A DNA stretch of 64,000 nucleotides from a virus: the IMG/VR virus record IMGVR_UViG_3300042731_006881, positions 1 to 64,000 of that record. The stretch is one strand, 5' to 3'. The number at the start of each line of letters is the position of its first letter. Position 1 is the stretch's first letter. A program made the translations under genes and the position numbers. Under the pieces are notes generated by a model. The model saw nothing but the letters and a program-made list of their open reading frames with translations, was not told the DNA's origin and searched no databases. Below, piece by piece: positions 27,403 through 37,443 of the stretch.

Positions 27403-29259
27403 TCAGCCAGCAATCTGACGCACAGACTGAGCCATCTGATGTTGGTGCTTGCGGACCACGCACGGGACAACCGTGTTGATGCGGTCCGTATCGTCGTCGT
27501 ACTCGCTCACAGGAGGGTTAGCGTCAACGGACTTTAGGTATCCGATCTTTTCGACATCCTTCAGGTCTGCGAGTACCAGTGCGTTCCAGACTCGAGGGGT
27601 ACCAACCCCTTCGATCTGCGGCTGACCATCTGGCAAGTCTGGGCCTACACCCGGGTTCTCCTCCAGGTATGACTGCGCAAGTGTCCCCATCCTCACACGA
27701 ACGTACTGTGGGACGGTTACGTCAGCCGTATCCAGGCATCGGTAGTCAGGGTCTGAACCGTTCAAGCAGTGCGAGCAGATGGATCGAACAATGCGAGTGT
27801 CCCCGTTGAAGTCGTTGACCGGTGACACGCCTGCATTCAACAGAGCCTTTAGCTCAGCGTGGTTCCATCGGTCAGTTGCATGAGCCGGGACATCTGTCCA
27901 CAACTGCGCCCCAGCATCATTGAACTCGCCATCGTATCTGGTCCACGGGTCGTTGCTTTCTGCCGCAGCCCGTTGAGCAGCTACCTTTGCAGCAATTTGC
28001 GCAGGATGCTTGCGACTGTTTCTCTGCGCGTACACAGCACACAGGTATGCGTTCAGAGTGGTCTGAGCCAGGCTAGTAACCTCTGTCAACGTTCCTGTGT
28101 GACCTAAAACAACCTGTTCCTTGTGGTTGATGAGCGGTGCTGACTCACTGTCAGCATGCGCCTCCCAACGTGCCGCGTTGGTAGCGTCGTTCTGCGCTGA
28201 CCCGATTCTAGCGTACTCCTCCGCCTCCATCAGGTCGATGATGTTGCTCACGTCATCGGTCCCGACTCCGCCGTAGAATCTCGTCCACCCGCTCGCCGTC
28301 TGCTCTGCTTGCGAGTAGACACCAAAAAGGAACTCACCAGAGGTGTTGACCTGTGCTTCGATATCGATCTGAGTGATCGTGTCGAAGTACTGGTCGCCAA
28401 CTAGAACCTCACCTCCATCTGCACCAGTGATAGTCAGCACATCGGTAACGGGTGAACCGTCGAACGTACCAGTGAACGTGATAGTTGACCCTGCTACATA
28501 GGAACCTACGCTCGCAGACAATGTTGCTGTAGCAAATCGTGGCGGGTCAATCGTCGCTACACCACCAGAGGCAAGAGCCCCGTTGATGTCCGCTCCGCTG
28601 TAGCTAGCTGAGCTTGAACTGGTAGCAATAGCGACCTTCACTCCGTCGTTGTCCTGCGTCGGTCCGAGCGTGATCACGCAACCGGTCGGAGCTTTGCTCA
28701 TGTCCAGCTTTGCCAGCCAACTGTTCCCACGCTCACCTGGAGAAGCAACTGTCAGCGTGACGTCGTACTCAGTAGCACCACCAACTGATGCTACACAGAA
28801 CCCGTGAGCCTTTCCATTTACCGCGTTGGCTAGGTTTGTCGCTGTCTGCTGTGCGCTTGTAGTGTCGATCGAGAACTCGACAGTGTTGTCTCCGAAGTGC
28901 AGTTTCGCGGACCCGACCCCAGTACCCAGTGACTCGAAGTTCACGACCAGCGTTGCCTGCACACCTCCATCTGGTGACGCAGGGGGAGCAAAGAAGATGC
29001 TAGCTCCAGTCCCCGCCGCTGCGAGGTACTGCTGCATGAGCTCGCTACGTGCACCAGCAAGCGCAGCGGCCTCTGTTTCTCCGAAGACTTCGACTACATC
29101 TAGGTCCGGAGTCATCGACCCATCGCTCGTCATGTTACCGGTTAGCACGACCGAACTAGGCAAAGTCGCCACCCTGCGGCCCTGCCCGAACTTGTTCTCG
29201 GAGTAGTTACCGGGAACCTTGTCGTCACCGGTCAATCCGGAAAGGGAAAACAGCGTCAT
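27403..29259 (-). CDS. contractile tail sheath protein (Mu gpL-like) with inserted domain
   Basis: KVPGNY.E, A.ALAG.RSEL, VTLT....GERGN, LLNAGVSP, I.RSI, D...LD; insertion at about 28318..28653. Confidence 0.9.
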   Translation of the reverse strand: MTLFSLSGLTGDDKVPGNYSENKFGQGRRVATLPSSVVLTGNMTSDGSMTPDLDVVEVFGETEAAALAGARSELMQQYLAAAGTGASIFFAPPASPDGGVQATLVVNFESLGTGVGSAKLHFGDNTVEFSIDTTSAQQTATNLANAVNGKAHGFCVASVGGATEYDVTLTVASPGERGNSWLAKLDMSKAPTGCVITLGPTQDNDGVKVAIATSSSSASYSGADINGALASGGVATIDPPRFATATLSASVGSYVAGSTITFTGTFDGSPVTDVLTITGADGGEVLVGDQYFDTITQIDIEAQVNTSGEFLFGVYSQAEQTASGWTRFYGGVGTDDVSNIIDLMEAEEYARIGSAQNDATNAARWEAHADSESAPLINHKEQVVLGHTGTLTEVTSLAQTTLNAYLCAVYAQRNSRKHPAQIAAKVAAQRAAAESNDPWTRYDGEFNDAGAQLWTDVPAHATDRWNHAELKALLNAGVSPVNDFNGDTRIVRSICSHCLNGSDPDYRCLDTADVTVPQYVRVRMGTLAQSYLEENPGVGPDLPDGQPQIEGVGTPRVWNALVLADLKDVEKIGYLKSVDANPPVSEYDDDTDRINTVVPCVVRKHQHQMAQSVRQIAG

Positions 29260-29778
29260 CTATTCGGTCTCCAGTTCGTTGATGAGGTCTGGTACCACGA
29301 CAGTGGTCACTGCGACCGTGTTTGCAGCGGATGTGACCTCTTTCGTAGGCGGGTCGATCCAGTCAACCACTTGGTCTGTTTTTGCTAGCTTCCTAGCAAC
29401 GATGCGCGCGTCATCCACGCTGACCAGTGCCTTCCCGCACGCTTGCGCAGTGGCTGCATCAGCTGCAAGCAGCGCGCCCTCCCTGATACGATCACGATAG
29501 AATCGGGTATCTGGTATCTGGAACGGGGTGCGCTTGAATTGCCACGTCACATCCCAGCGCTTGCTTGGGTCTGATGCGTCACCGTTCTCCGCCCCTTCCC
29601 GCAGCAGTGCAGGGGAACGGTTGAGCTGTGCCCCGACGTGTCCTCGCACCTCGGCGCTACTCGCCTTTCCGGGGTCGTAGTACCTCGGGTCTCGAGGGTC
29701 AATGGGGCATGCGCAACATGGGCGCCCAAGATGGTCGACGGTACGGTATGGATTCGTCGCAACGACGAGCATTTTCAT
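29260..29778 (-). CDS. hypothetical protein (Mu gp38-like position)
   Basis: IPDTRFYRDRIREGALL recalls DUF2635; immediately upstream of sheath. Confidence 0.55.
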   Translation of the reverse strand: MKMLVVATNPYRTVDHLGRPCCACPIDPRDPRYYDPGKASSAEVRGHVGAQLNRSPALLREGAENGDASDPSKRWDVTWQFKRTPFQIPDTRFYRDRIREGALLAADAATAQACGKALVSVDDARIVARKLAKTDQVVDWIDPPTKEVTSAANTVAVTTVVVPDLINELETE

Positions 29779-29808
29779 GATGTGTCTCTCCCGCCTAATG
29801 CGGCGTTC

Positions 29809-30528
29809 TTAGTCGTTGGAAACCACATCCGTCTGCACGAATGCGGGTGACGTGTTACCGTTCTGGTTGGTGGTCAAACCTATGGATGAACCAATGCTGG
29901 TTGGTGTGCCTGGTCTGAAGTACTCGACGACAGCGAACTCAAAGTAGGCAGCTTGGTACTCAGCTCGACCGTGTTGCAGGTCGATTGGGATTTCTGCCTG
30001 CCGAGCCACTGTCATCCTCATCTGGTCGAACCCGCACCGGTCCAGGATGTTGCTCCCCCAACGTGGAGCAGCTACATCCGTGTCGTCGTAGTCAACCCAA
30101 GCCGGGTCCCTCCACTCTGGCTCGCCTTCAAGTGCGCCATGAAGCGCAGCAGTCAGTCCAGACAGCACTCCGGACCTGCGAGCCAAGTCGAACTGGGTGC
30201 AGGGAGGTAAAACCAACAGGAGTACGATGTTTCTCTCGCGACCAAACAGTGCATCAGCAAACCGCTTTGGAGCCCCTTCGTCGCTGTAGCAGAACAGCGC
30301 TGGAAGCCCTGAGTCAGCACCGAAATCTGCACGCTCAGGGCGGTGGCTGACGACACGACGGACGATTGGCTCCCCTGGAGCAACATACGCCCACGCAGTA
30401 CCGCACTTCGCCTCGATTATGTTCTTCGCCCACCGCAGCAATGTGTCGATAGACGTGTCGCTCAGCGCGTGAGAGGGGGATGCTGGAGCCTCTACTGGAA
30501 GTAGAACTGCTCCGTAGCTGTCGGACAC
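29809..30528 (-). CDS. putative tail terminator/completion protein
   Basis: Position between neck genes and sheath; LPALFCY motif. Confidence 0.55.
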   Translation of the reverse strand: MSDSYGAVLLPVEAPASPSHALSDTSIDTLLRWAKNIIEAKCGTAWAYVAPGEPIVRRVVSHRPERADFGADSGLPALFCYSDEGAPKRFADALFGRERNIVLLLVLPPCTQFDLARRSGVLSGLTAALHGALEGEPEWRDPAWVDYDDTDVAAPRWGSNILDRCGFDQMRMTVARQAEIPIDLQHGRAEYQAAYFEFAVVEYFRPGTPTSIGSSIGLTTNQNGNTSPAFVQTDVVSND

Positions 30529-30530
30529 GA

Positions 30531-31061
30531 TTACCTCCAGATTGCAGCGATTCGCTTTTCAACCAGCTTCGCTGATTCGATCATCGTGTAGTAGCCCTTG
30601 CGGGCTGCCAGCGACATGAACCAGGTTGGTTTGGTGCCGGGGTGATTGACGCGAGGGAACGAGACCAACCGACCCATCTTTGCCCAGTAGAAGACGAGGC
30701 GACCAGTCACTTTCTTCTTGCGTGACCGAGACTGCCCCTGTTCCATTGGTCCAACGAATCCGCGAGCTGCCTTTGCTACGATAGGGTGAGGACTCGTTCC
30801 CCACTCGACGTGTGCCGCGTATGGGGCCGTTGCCTGGATGATGGCGTCCCAAATCCTGCGAACGCGCCTGCTTGCTGGCTGAAATCCTAACGACCCTCGA
30901 AGTCGTCCACTGCGATCTCGGAACTTCGTTGTAGCCTTCGCGTGCTCCAGCGCCGCCTTTGCTCCAGCGTTGGCTGCATCCTCTGCTGCGTACTCCATCT
31001 CATTGATGGTCCGCTCCTTGAGGCGATGGTAATCCTCTAGGTCAAGGCGACATCGAATCAT
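30531..31061 (-). CDS. HK97 gp10-like neck/tail completion protein
   Basis: RSGRLRGS, APYAAHVEWGT.PH.I, V.HPGTKP..FM. Confidence 0.8.
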   Translation of the reverse strand: MIRCRLDLEDYHRLKERTINEMEYAAEDAANAGAKAALEHAKATTKFRDRSGRLRGSLGFQPASRRVRRIWDAIIQATAPYAAHVEWGTSPHPIVAKAARGFVGPMEQGQSRSRKKKVTGRLVFYWAKMGRLVSFPRVNHPGTKPTWFMSLAARKGYYTMIESAKLVEKRIAAIWR

Positions 31062-31529
31062 TCAAAACATCCCGAATCCGCCACGGTAGAACGATGTTGT
31101 GGAGTCGTCCTCAACATCTGGGATCACATCACCGCCAACGTTGCTCGGTTCGTTTGGAGCCCCTTCAGTGTCGACCTTGGTGAAGCTCTTCCTCAGCATT
31201 GAAAGGTCTGAGTTCACTGCCTTCATCATCTCAACCCAGTCGTGCCCAGGGCACGCGGCAGGGTGACGCTTGACGGCCATGTACTCGCACACATCAAGGG
31301 TGAGCCGAACTACCTCATGAGCTTCCCCACTGTCTATCGCTGACTGCACTTCTTCCAGCGAAGTGATGCCTCTCAGATACCCAGCAACCTTGCTGGTTGC
31401 GTCAAGACGTAGCTGAGTCAATGGGGACGTGTCGGCGAAGCCGTCACCGTCGTCGTCATAGAGCCTGTCAACCCCAATAGACGACAGACGGCTTCGTACC
31501 TGAGCTTCGGTTACGAACTCCCACGCCAT
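31062..31529 (-). CDS. head-tail adaptor (Mu gp36/DUF1320-like)
   Basis: LYDDDGDG..D, DATSKVAGYL, VRLTLDV..Y. Confidence 0.75.
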   Translation of the reverse strand: MAWEFVTEAQVRSRLSSIGVDRLYDDDGDGFADTSPLTQLRLDATSKVAGYLRGITSLEEVQSAIDSGEAHEVVRLTLDVCEYMAVKRHPAACPGHDWVEMMKAVNSDLSMLRKSFTKVDTEGAPNEPSNVGGDVIPDVEDDSTTSFYRGGFGMF

Positions 31530-31564
31530 GACATCACTCAGTCAGCAACTCGAAACGCGCAGGT

Positions 31565-32086
31565 CTACTCCAGCTCCTCGACCAATGCAGCTAGCCTGCG
31601 AGCGTCGTTTTCCGTTAGTGTGATGACGGATCCAGGTCGCCGCACGCGGCGATCTATGATCACGGCTCCTGGACCAACGACACGGTACTTTCCGGCTCTG
31701 CGCTTCTGGTAGTGGTCTGGTGGTAGCACCTGTTTTCCTAGACCAAGCTTTACCCTCTCACCGTACTCGCGAGCCTCTTCGTCCGTCAGCTCAAGTACGG
31801 TTCCAGGGCGGAGCAGGTCCGTGTTGCGCATGGTCATCTCCTTGCCATCTGCCGCAATCTTGGTGGAGATTACGGTGCGCATGATAGCCATAACAACGTG
31901 GTAGGTGCGAGTCTCGACCGCTTCATTCGTCTCGACCTCGTCATTCTGAGGCTTTGTTGAACTCGCTGATCCGTGTTCTCTTGAATCGAAGAGATCGGAA
32001 GGTTTTTGAACCTCTGAAGATTGCCCAGATGAATCCTCAGAAACGGAGGGGGATCGATGCCCCCCTCTATTCTGATTCCTGGACAT
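31565..32086 (-). CDS. head-associated protein with two tandem small domains
   Basis: LLRPGTVLELTDEEAREYG and VRRPGSVITLTENDARRLA; follows major capsid gene. Confidence 0.6.
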   Translation of the reverse strand: MSRNQNRGGHRSPSVSEDSSGQSSEVQKPSDLFDSREHGSASSTKPQNDEVETNEAVETRTYHVVMAIMRTVISTKIAADGKEMTMRNTDLLRPGTVLELTDEEAREYGERVKLGLGKQVLPPDHYQKRRAGKYRVVGPGAVIIDRRVRRPGSVITLTENDARRLAALVEELE

Positions 32087-33223
32087 TTATCCGATAACTC
32101 CGGTTAGTAGGTAGCCGCACGATGACGAGATGACCTTCGATGAATCAGAGAAAGCCACCTTCGTGATGTACTCTCCCCAGCCACCAACGTTTGGCTCAAA
32201 GTGCTCGAGCTCCATCATCGGCTCCTCAAGCGTGATGCCAAAACAGGCGATCTTCTCCTGCACAACGCGAGGGACCTTTACGACACCGAACACGCTAGGC
32301 CAGAGATTCGTCCACGATTGCGTAGCCCCTTCGTTTGCGGTCTGCTCTCGAGCCTTGCCGACCAACAGATCGTCAACCTCGAAGTACTCCGCGAGCATTT
32401 GCCGACTCAGGGTCTCTCTACCCGTGTATTTGAACTGTTCTCGAATCGTCGGGTGACGCTTCAGAACGTTGAAGACGCGCTCGTTGCAGAAAGCAACCGT
32501 GTCCGTCTCCGCGATGCCAGAGAACAGCTCAGCCTTTGCGGCGTCAACAGATCCAGCAGGATCTCCACCAAGGTCAGTATTCCACTGGTCAGCAGCAGAG
32601 ATTGCTGCTGTGTTCGACCCGAAACTGGCCGAGCTTCCTGCGATTGCAACGATGCGTTTCTCCTGATTGAGCCTGAGTCCGTTGACTACCAGAGGAAGTC
32701 TTGACGCCAATGCCAACACTGGAGCATCCATCGCTGCTCGAGATCTCGCATCAACCGATCCCTGCAACGCATGAGGATGCATCGTAGCGGTTTGCTTGAC
32801 GAACCCTGCGTTGATGTTGTTCACCGACCCACCAGTACCAATGGTGTCGTCTGGAGCCTCGAACATCGTTTCCTTGTCGAGCTCCCACCAGGTCGCAGCA
32901 TCGGTGCCAAAGCTGACTGGGAAGGAAGGCATCAATCGCAGACCAATGTACTCATCATTGGTGTACGCAACGCTCATGTTTTGGAGCACTGACGTGGTCT
33001 GGACTGAACCAGGGGTAAGGTTCAGCGAAACCAAGTCATTGATTCCGATCTTCCCCTGCCACATCTCGTATTGAGCGCGCAACCTCTGGTTGGCTGCTTC
33101 GATTTCGCTCTTGTGCTTGTCCGGGGTGTTCCGGAGAAACTCGAGCGTCGCTGCGTGGAGCTTCTCCCATCGCAGACCGTTTTTGCTTCGGGCCACGAAG
33201 TCGCGGCTGTGTTCGATCGTCAT
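32087..33223 (-). CDS. major capsid protein
   Basis: VLQNMSVAYTNDEYIG.RLMP, L..E.RI, W....DP, VF..LKRHP.I, LAEYFEVD, GYLLTGV; start re-called at MTIEH. Confidence 0.85.
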   Translation of the reverse strand: MTIEHSRDFVARSKNGLRWEKLHAATLEFLRNTPDKHKSEIEAANQRLRAQYEMWQGKIGINDLVSLNLTPGSVQTTSVLQNMSVAYTNDEYIGLRLMPSFPVSFGTDAATWWELDKETMFEAPDDTIGTGGSVNNINAGFVKQTATMHPHALQGSVDARSRAAMDAPVLALASRLPLVVNGLRLNQEKRIVAIAGSSASFGSNTAAISAADQWNTDLGGDPAGSVDAAKAELFSGIAETDTVAFCNERVFNVLKRHPTIREQFKYTGRETLSRQMLAEYFEVDDLLVGKAREQTANEGATQSWTNLWPSVFGVVKVPRVVQEKIACFGITLEEPMMELEHFEPNVGGWGEYITKVAFSDSSKVISSSCGYLLTGVIG

Positions 33224-33257
33224 ATCATTCCCCTTCAGGATGGTCAGAATGGTTGGG

Positions 33258-33707
33258 TTATGCCGCTGCTCCGCCGGCGCATCCTGCTGCAAGGTTGCAG
33301 CCAACTAGTTGCCCAGCCCCCGTTGCGCTTTCGGTCATCTGCCCGACGATGTGGCTCGCTACAGCTCCGCCGTGCGTGACGTTGACAACACCTCCGCTGC
33401 CAGGAGCGCATAGAGACCCCTTGGTGAGCCCAGCAGCAGTTGCTCTCACCGGAATCACAACTGGAGACCCGCGTAGCACCACGGTCACTCTCTCCCCTGC
33501 AGTTGCCGTCCAGGGCCGAGTGTCGCTCGGAGCAAGGTCTTCGTTGGAGTATGCAACTCCGTAGTAGACATCGTCGTCGCTGTCGCACTCGACGATGTCT
33601 CCGCTCGACAGCATTACTGGCATGCCCTGCCGAACAGTGTTTCCTGTCGCCACACTTAGCACCTCAGTGATGGCATTCTGAAGGTTCTTTCTCGTAGCCT
33701 TCGACAT
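33258..33707 (-). CDS. capsid cement/decoration protein (DUF2190-like)
   Basis: Small A/G/V-rich protein between protease and capsid; YYGVA..ATAGERVTVV..G. Confidence 0.7.
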   Translation of the reverse strand: MSKATRKNLQNAITEVLSVATGNTVRQGMPVMLSSGDIVECDSDDDVYYGVAYSNEDLAPSDTRPWTATAGERVTVVLRGSPVVIPVRATAAGLTKGSLCAPGSGGVVNVTHGGAVASHIVGQMTESATGAGQLVGCNLAAGCAGGAAA

Positions 33708-33732
33708 GTTTCACCTGTCTAAAAGACTGCGC

Positions 33733-34932
33733 CTAGACGCATGCTTTCTGGTTTAGGTAGTCGCAAGCGCTCTCGCTGGAGTCCGTGGTTTCCGACACGA
33801 CCTCTCTGGATAGCTCGTTGGTTTCGTTCGCGATGAGCTGCTTGCTCGTCGCAAGGTCGGCACGCCGCGCCATGCGTTCTGCAAATGGCACCTTGCCGAG
33901 TCGTCGTCGGTCCTCGCGCAGGTCATCCAGCTCACCAGCGTGGCACTTCTTACCGACGTATGACTGGATCTCGCTCTCGATCGCGTCGCTTTCGTACTCG
34001 TCTCGTTCTGTTCGAACCCTCACAAGCTCCTCGTTGGCGACAGCCAGGTCTCTGGCTGCAGCTGCAACGTCTGCGGACAGCTGCTCTACCTTTTCGTTCA
34101 GCTCTCCAACCTGCTTCTCGTGCGACTGCGCCAGCTCCAGAGCAGCCTTCTCGTTCGAGCGAGATGCATCTAGAAGCTTCTCCAGCTCCGCGAGCTTCGC
34201 TCTCAGCTCATTTTCTTGCATGCTTTTCTCCTGGCCACTCGCGGCCGGTTGAGGTTCGTTGTTACCGCTGCGCTTGGCGCACTCAGCCACACGTTGAGCA
34301 AGGTACGCTCTGCGCTCTTCTCTGCTGCCTAGCGAGTTCGAAACAGCATTCGCGTTTGCCCCAATTGGGCATACGGAAAACTCGAACAATTCGTTGTCCG
34401 ACAACACGTACCGCTCCACATCGTCGTGGGTCTCCACCTTCACGGTGTGTGGATAGAATCCGACGGACCCAGCGCGCAGGAATTGCGATCTTACTAGCTG
34501 CCAAACAGCCTCAATTCGCTCCCCATCGCTCCCCATCTTCGCAATGACTTCCTCGGGGATGAACTGGACTGTCCCTGCTAGGTAGTATCCGTCTGTCTTG
34601 TTCCCCTTACGTTTCAGCGTATCAGGAAGAATCCTTCCTACAGGGAATGTCTCTCCTTGTGTGAGTCCACTTCCTCCGAACCATCCAGCTCCTGATTGTC
34701 GGTTGTGGGAGTACAAGACTACTGGGTTCTTCTTGAACCGCTCAAGCCTCCATGTCTGCTCGACGATCTCGTCGTAAGAGTCAACGGTGTCGTCGCTCAG
34801 AACGTATTCGACAGTTCGCTTCTCTTCGTCAATCGACAGCAATCGCGCTCCAGCCCACGCGAGTCTGCGACTCACGGCCTGGGAATCGCTCTCTGGTTGC
34901 TGAAGAAGCTCAGCACCGTTTCTAACGGTCAT
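33733..34932 (-). CDS. HK97-family prohead protease with C-terminal coiled-coil scaffold
   Basis: NPVVLYSHN, LRAGSVGF, ELFEFSVCPIGANANA, then long coiled coil. Confidence 0.9.
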   Translation of the reverse strand: MTVRNGAELLQQPESDSQAVSRRLAWAGARLLSIDEEKRTVEYVLSDDTVDSYDEIVEQTWRLERFKKNPVVLYSHNRQSGAGWFGGSGLTQGETFPVGRILPDTLKRKGNKTDGYYLAGTVQFIPEEVIAKMGSDGERIEAVWQLVRSQFLRAGSVGFYPHTVKVETHDDVERYVLSDNELFEFSVCPIGANANAVSNSLGSREERRAYLAQRVAECAKRSGNNEPQPAASGQEKSMQENELRAKLAELEKLLDASRSNEKAALELAQSHEKQVGELNEKVEQLSADVAAAARDLAVANEELVRVRTERDEYESDAIESEIQSYVGKKCHAGELDDLREDRRRLGKVPFAERMARRADLATSKQLIANETNELSREVVSETTDSSESACDYLNQKACV

Positions 34933-34989
34933 CTGGTCACCAAACCCCGCGCTTGGCGGTCCTCGTAGTGTTCAGTTAGGTAGCGACGA

Positions 34990-36300
34990 TCACGCAGCTT
35001 TTTTGGCGGCTTCGCCTTCTTCTCGGCTACCGCAACACGGTTCGTCGTCGCTTGGTTTTCGGATTCCGATCTTTTCACGAACCCAGTCCTCTGGAATGTC
35101 CAGCTTGTCAGCCAGCTTTGACACTATTTCTGCGACATCAATTCGCTCAAGGTCAGCCTCGGTCTTGAACCTGAACGTTCCCCTTCGCGCTGTCGGCCAA
35201 TTGAAACCGTAGATATGCGCTACGATGTCTCGGTTCACGCTAGCCTCAACACCAGTTACGTCGAAGTCGCGAACGTCGAGACGAATGTTGTTCTGCACCT
35301 CTCCAAGGGAACGTGCCCCTCGACTCCCGGCTTCTGTGGTGAGTGTCTGCCCTACTGTGGCCTTACTCATCTCCTGACCGAAGAACTCGGACATCTCACG
35401 GTGCACGCTCTGTAGACCTGCTCCAGACATCTTCGGCCAGAACACGTCCAGGTCAATCGAGTCTGGCTTCACCGCTGCGCCTGTAGATGACAGTGCCCGC
35501 AACGCTCCCCTCGCAAACTCGCGGTCCTTTCCGTCAGAGCTTTTGGTATATGATGCGATTCGCCACGGCTTCCATCCCATCTCTGCGAGAAGCAGCCAGT
35601 CACGAACTCCCCAGTTACGAAAGAGGGCCAGCCACAGCAGAACTCTAGCAAGCCCCTCACGAACCCTTACGTCTCCATTTACCCGAGGAAGGTAGTGGAT
35701 GAAGTTCCCAGCCGGGTACTCCTCCAACAGGTCCACGCCACTGTTCTCTGGTTCCTGACCGAACTCAACGAACACTAATCTGGAATCACTGCGACGGAAC
35801 CCGAAGCGGCGAGAACTGATTCTGTTGAACGCGACTGGTACCTCCATCCCAGCGAGTTCCCCAAACCGCTCGAATCCCCAGATGTTCTCTGCCCACGCTC
35901 CGGTTGGAAACAGTGTTCCCTCACCGACCAGGTGAGCCAACAGCACGACGAAGTCGTCGCACTGCTCGATAGCTCGCTGCGTGAGTAGGGCCTGTTTCTT
36001 TTCCTCCGTGGTTGCCTCAGGTGGTGGATCGATTCCCCACGGTAGACCAGCGAGGGCTATCTCGCGGGTCCCCAACACCGCCTGGAAATGCCCGTCCTTC
36101 TGGCGGCACTCGTGAACTAGGTCAACCAGCTTTGCCGGGCGGCCCATGTCCGCATCGTAGATGATATTGGAGACTTCACCAGGTGTTAGGTTACCTCCGA
36201 TGCGGCTGAACTGCCTCCACAGTGCAACCTCAGAGACGATCGTATCGACGACACCTCGAGCAGCCCCAAGCGCATTCTGGAAGAATTCTATCAAGCTCAT
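34990..36300 (-). CDS. portal protein (Mu gp29/DUF935-like)
   Basis: KDGHFQAVLGTR, GLARVL.W, W...AE..G.P, MSKATVGQTLTTE..GARSLGEV; start re-called at MSLIE. Confidence 0.9.
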   Translation of the reverse strand: MSLIEFFQNALGAARGVVDTIVSEVALWRQFSRIGGNLTPGEVSNIIYDADMGRPAKLVDLVHECRQKDGHFQAVLGTREIALAGLPWGIDPPPEATTEEKKQALLTQRAIEQCDDFVVLLAHLVGEGTLFPTGAWAENIWGFERFGELAGMEVPVAFNRISSRRFGFRRSDSRLVFVEFGQEPENSGVDLLEEYPAGNFIHYLPRVNGDVRVREGLARVLLWLALFRNWGVRDWLLLAEMGWKPWRIASYTKSSDGKDREFARGALRALSSTGAAVKPDSIDLDVFWPKMSGAGLQSVHREMSEFFGQEMSKATVGQTLTTEAGSRGARSLGEVQNNIRLDVRDFDVTGVEASVNRDIVAHIYGFNWPTARRGTFRFKTEADLERIDVAEIVSKLADKLDIPEDWVREKIGIRKPSDDEPCCGSREEGEAAKKAA

Positions 36301-36314
36301 GCGCGTCGCACTCG

Positions 36315-36914
36315 CTACTCGTATAGCACAACACCAACGTCGGTAGTGTCTGCGTAAACGCGACTCACCGTGACAGGCTCGTGCTGATGAGAAGACACTG
36401 CCAGGTTGTCGGTGAAATCTCCAGGATAGCCGACCTTTACGGTCCCTGACCCAACAGGCTTCATCAGCAGCTTGTTGTCCGTACCATGTCTCCTGCGGCA
36501 AGCAACCCCAGAGAAACCAAACTGAAAAGCCCCCGAGGCTCCGTCCTGCGCAGGAACGGAGATTCCTGTCACTGTATCTAGCGGTGACGAAGCAACAATG
36601 GTCTGATCTCCTCCAGCATTTGTTAGCTTGGTCTCCACCGTGACGGGAATGCCGTCACGAGTTCCGTTCCAGACGATCGGGTCTGTAGTGTTGTAGGTTG
36701 ACGCTGACGCAGATGTCGTGACAGACGGGTACCGAGGGAGCCCCATCTTGGACTCAGTCACGGGACCTGGGTTCGCCAAAGCACCGTTCAGGTCGGCTTC
36801 TTCGTAAACGACAGCCGTCTCCGACGTCGCAACCGAAGTCTTGAACGCATCCGTGTCCGCCAGCGATCCCGCTGTCGCGAACGTATGCGTTCGATGCGCA
36901 ATCCCTTCTCTCAC
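36315..36914 (-). CDS. putative virion decoration protein homologous to the sheath insertion
   Basis: Aligns by eye with sheath segment 28318..28653; GAGG RBS. Confidence 0.7.
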   Translation of the reverse strand: MREGIAHRTHTFATAGSLADTDAFKTSVATSETAVVYEEADLNGALANPGPVTESKMGLPRYPSVTTSASASTYNTTDPIVWNGTRDGIPVTVETKLTNAGGDQTIVASSPLDTVTGISVPAQDGASGAFQFGFSGVACRRRHGTDNKLLMKPVGSGTVKVGYPGDFTDNLAVSSHQHEPVTVSRVYADTTDVGVVLYE

Positions 36915-36929
36915 TGGCTACCTCGGTAC

Positions 36930-37352
36930 CTAGGACACCACGACGAAAACGACGTTGATGGTCCAGTTTCCTGCAGTTAGGCTAGCAAGCGCCGTGGCGG
37001 CGAATGTAGCAACAAGCTGCTGCTCGCTGAAGAACCCCACGGGGCACGCTCCAGCTGTACCGCTTCTTGCCCCAACCGTCATAGCGTCCAGATCAGTACT
37101 GGCAACGATCGCATCATCGTCTGTACCACCGATCTTGATGGTCAGGTCGCTCTGGCCAGCTCCCTGCTCGTTGCACACGATTTGATGCCCGAGAACCCAA
37201 GCATTTTCCGGAAGTGCGGCGCCAACGTTTACCTCAGCACTCGTCCCAGTGAGGTTTGCCTCGTCCACAGTTACAGTCCTCACCTGAATCGCGCCGGCCA
37301 AGTTTCTAGCGACCTGATCACCGAACGCAGGAACGTGTCCAAACCCAATCAT
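36930..37352 (-). CDS. putative virion structural protein (beta-sandwich-like)
   Basis: GAGGTG RBS; LPENAWVL..LTIKIG.TDDDAIV..LTAG.WTI.V. Confidence 0.65.
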   Translation of the reverse strand: MIGFGHVPAFGDQVARNLAGAIQVRTVTVDEANLTGTSAEVNVGAALPENAWVLGHQIVCNEQGAGQSDLTIKIGGTDDDAIVASTDLDAMTVGARSGTAGACPVGFFSEQQLVATFAATALASLTAGNWTINVVFVVVS

Positions 37353-37443
37353 TTATCACCTCACTGGTGTCTAGTTAGGCAGACCATTGGGGATGGCTGG
37401 TCTGCGAGTGGCCATTGGCAGGATAGCCGAAAGAGAACAGACT

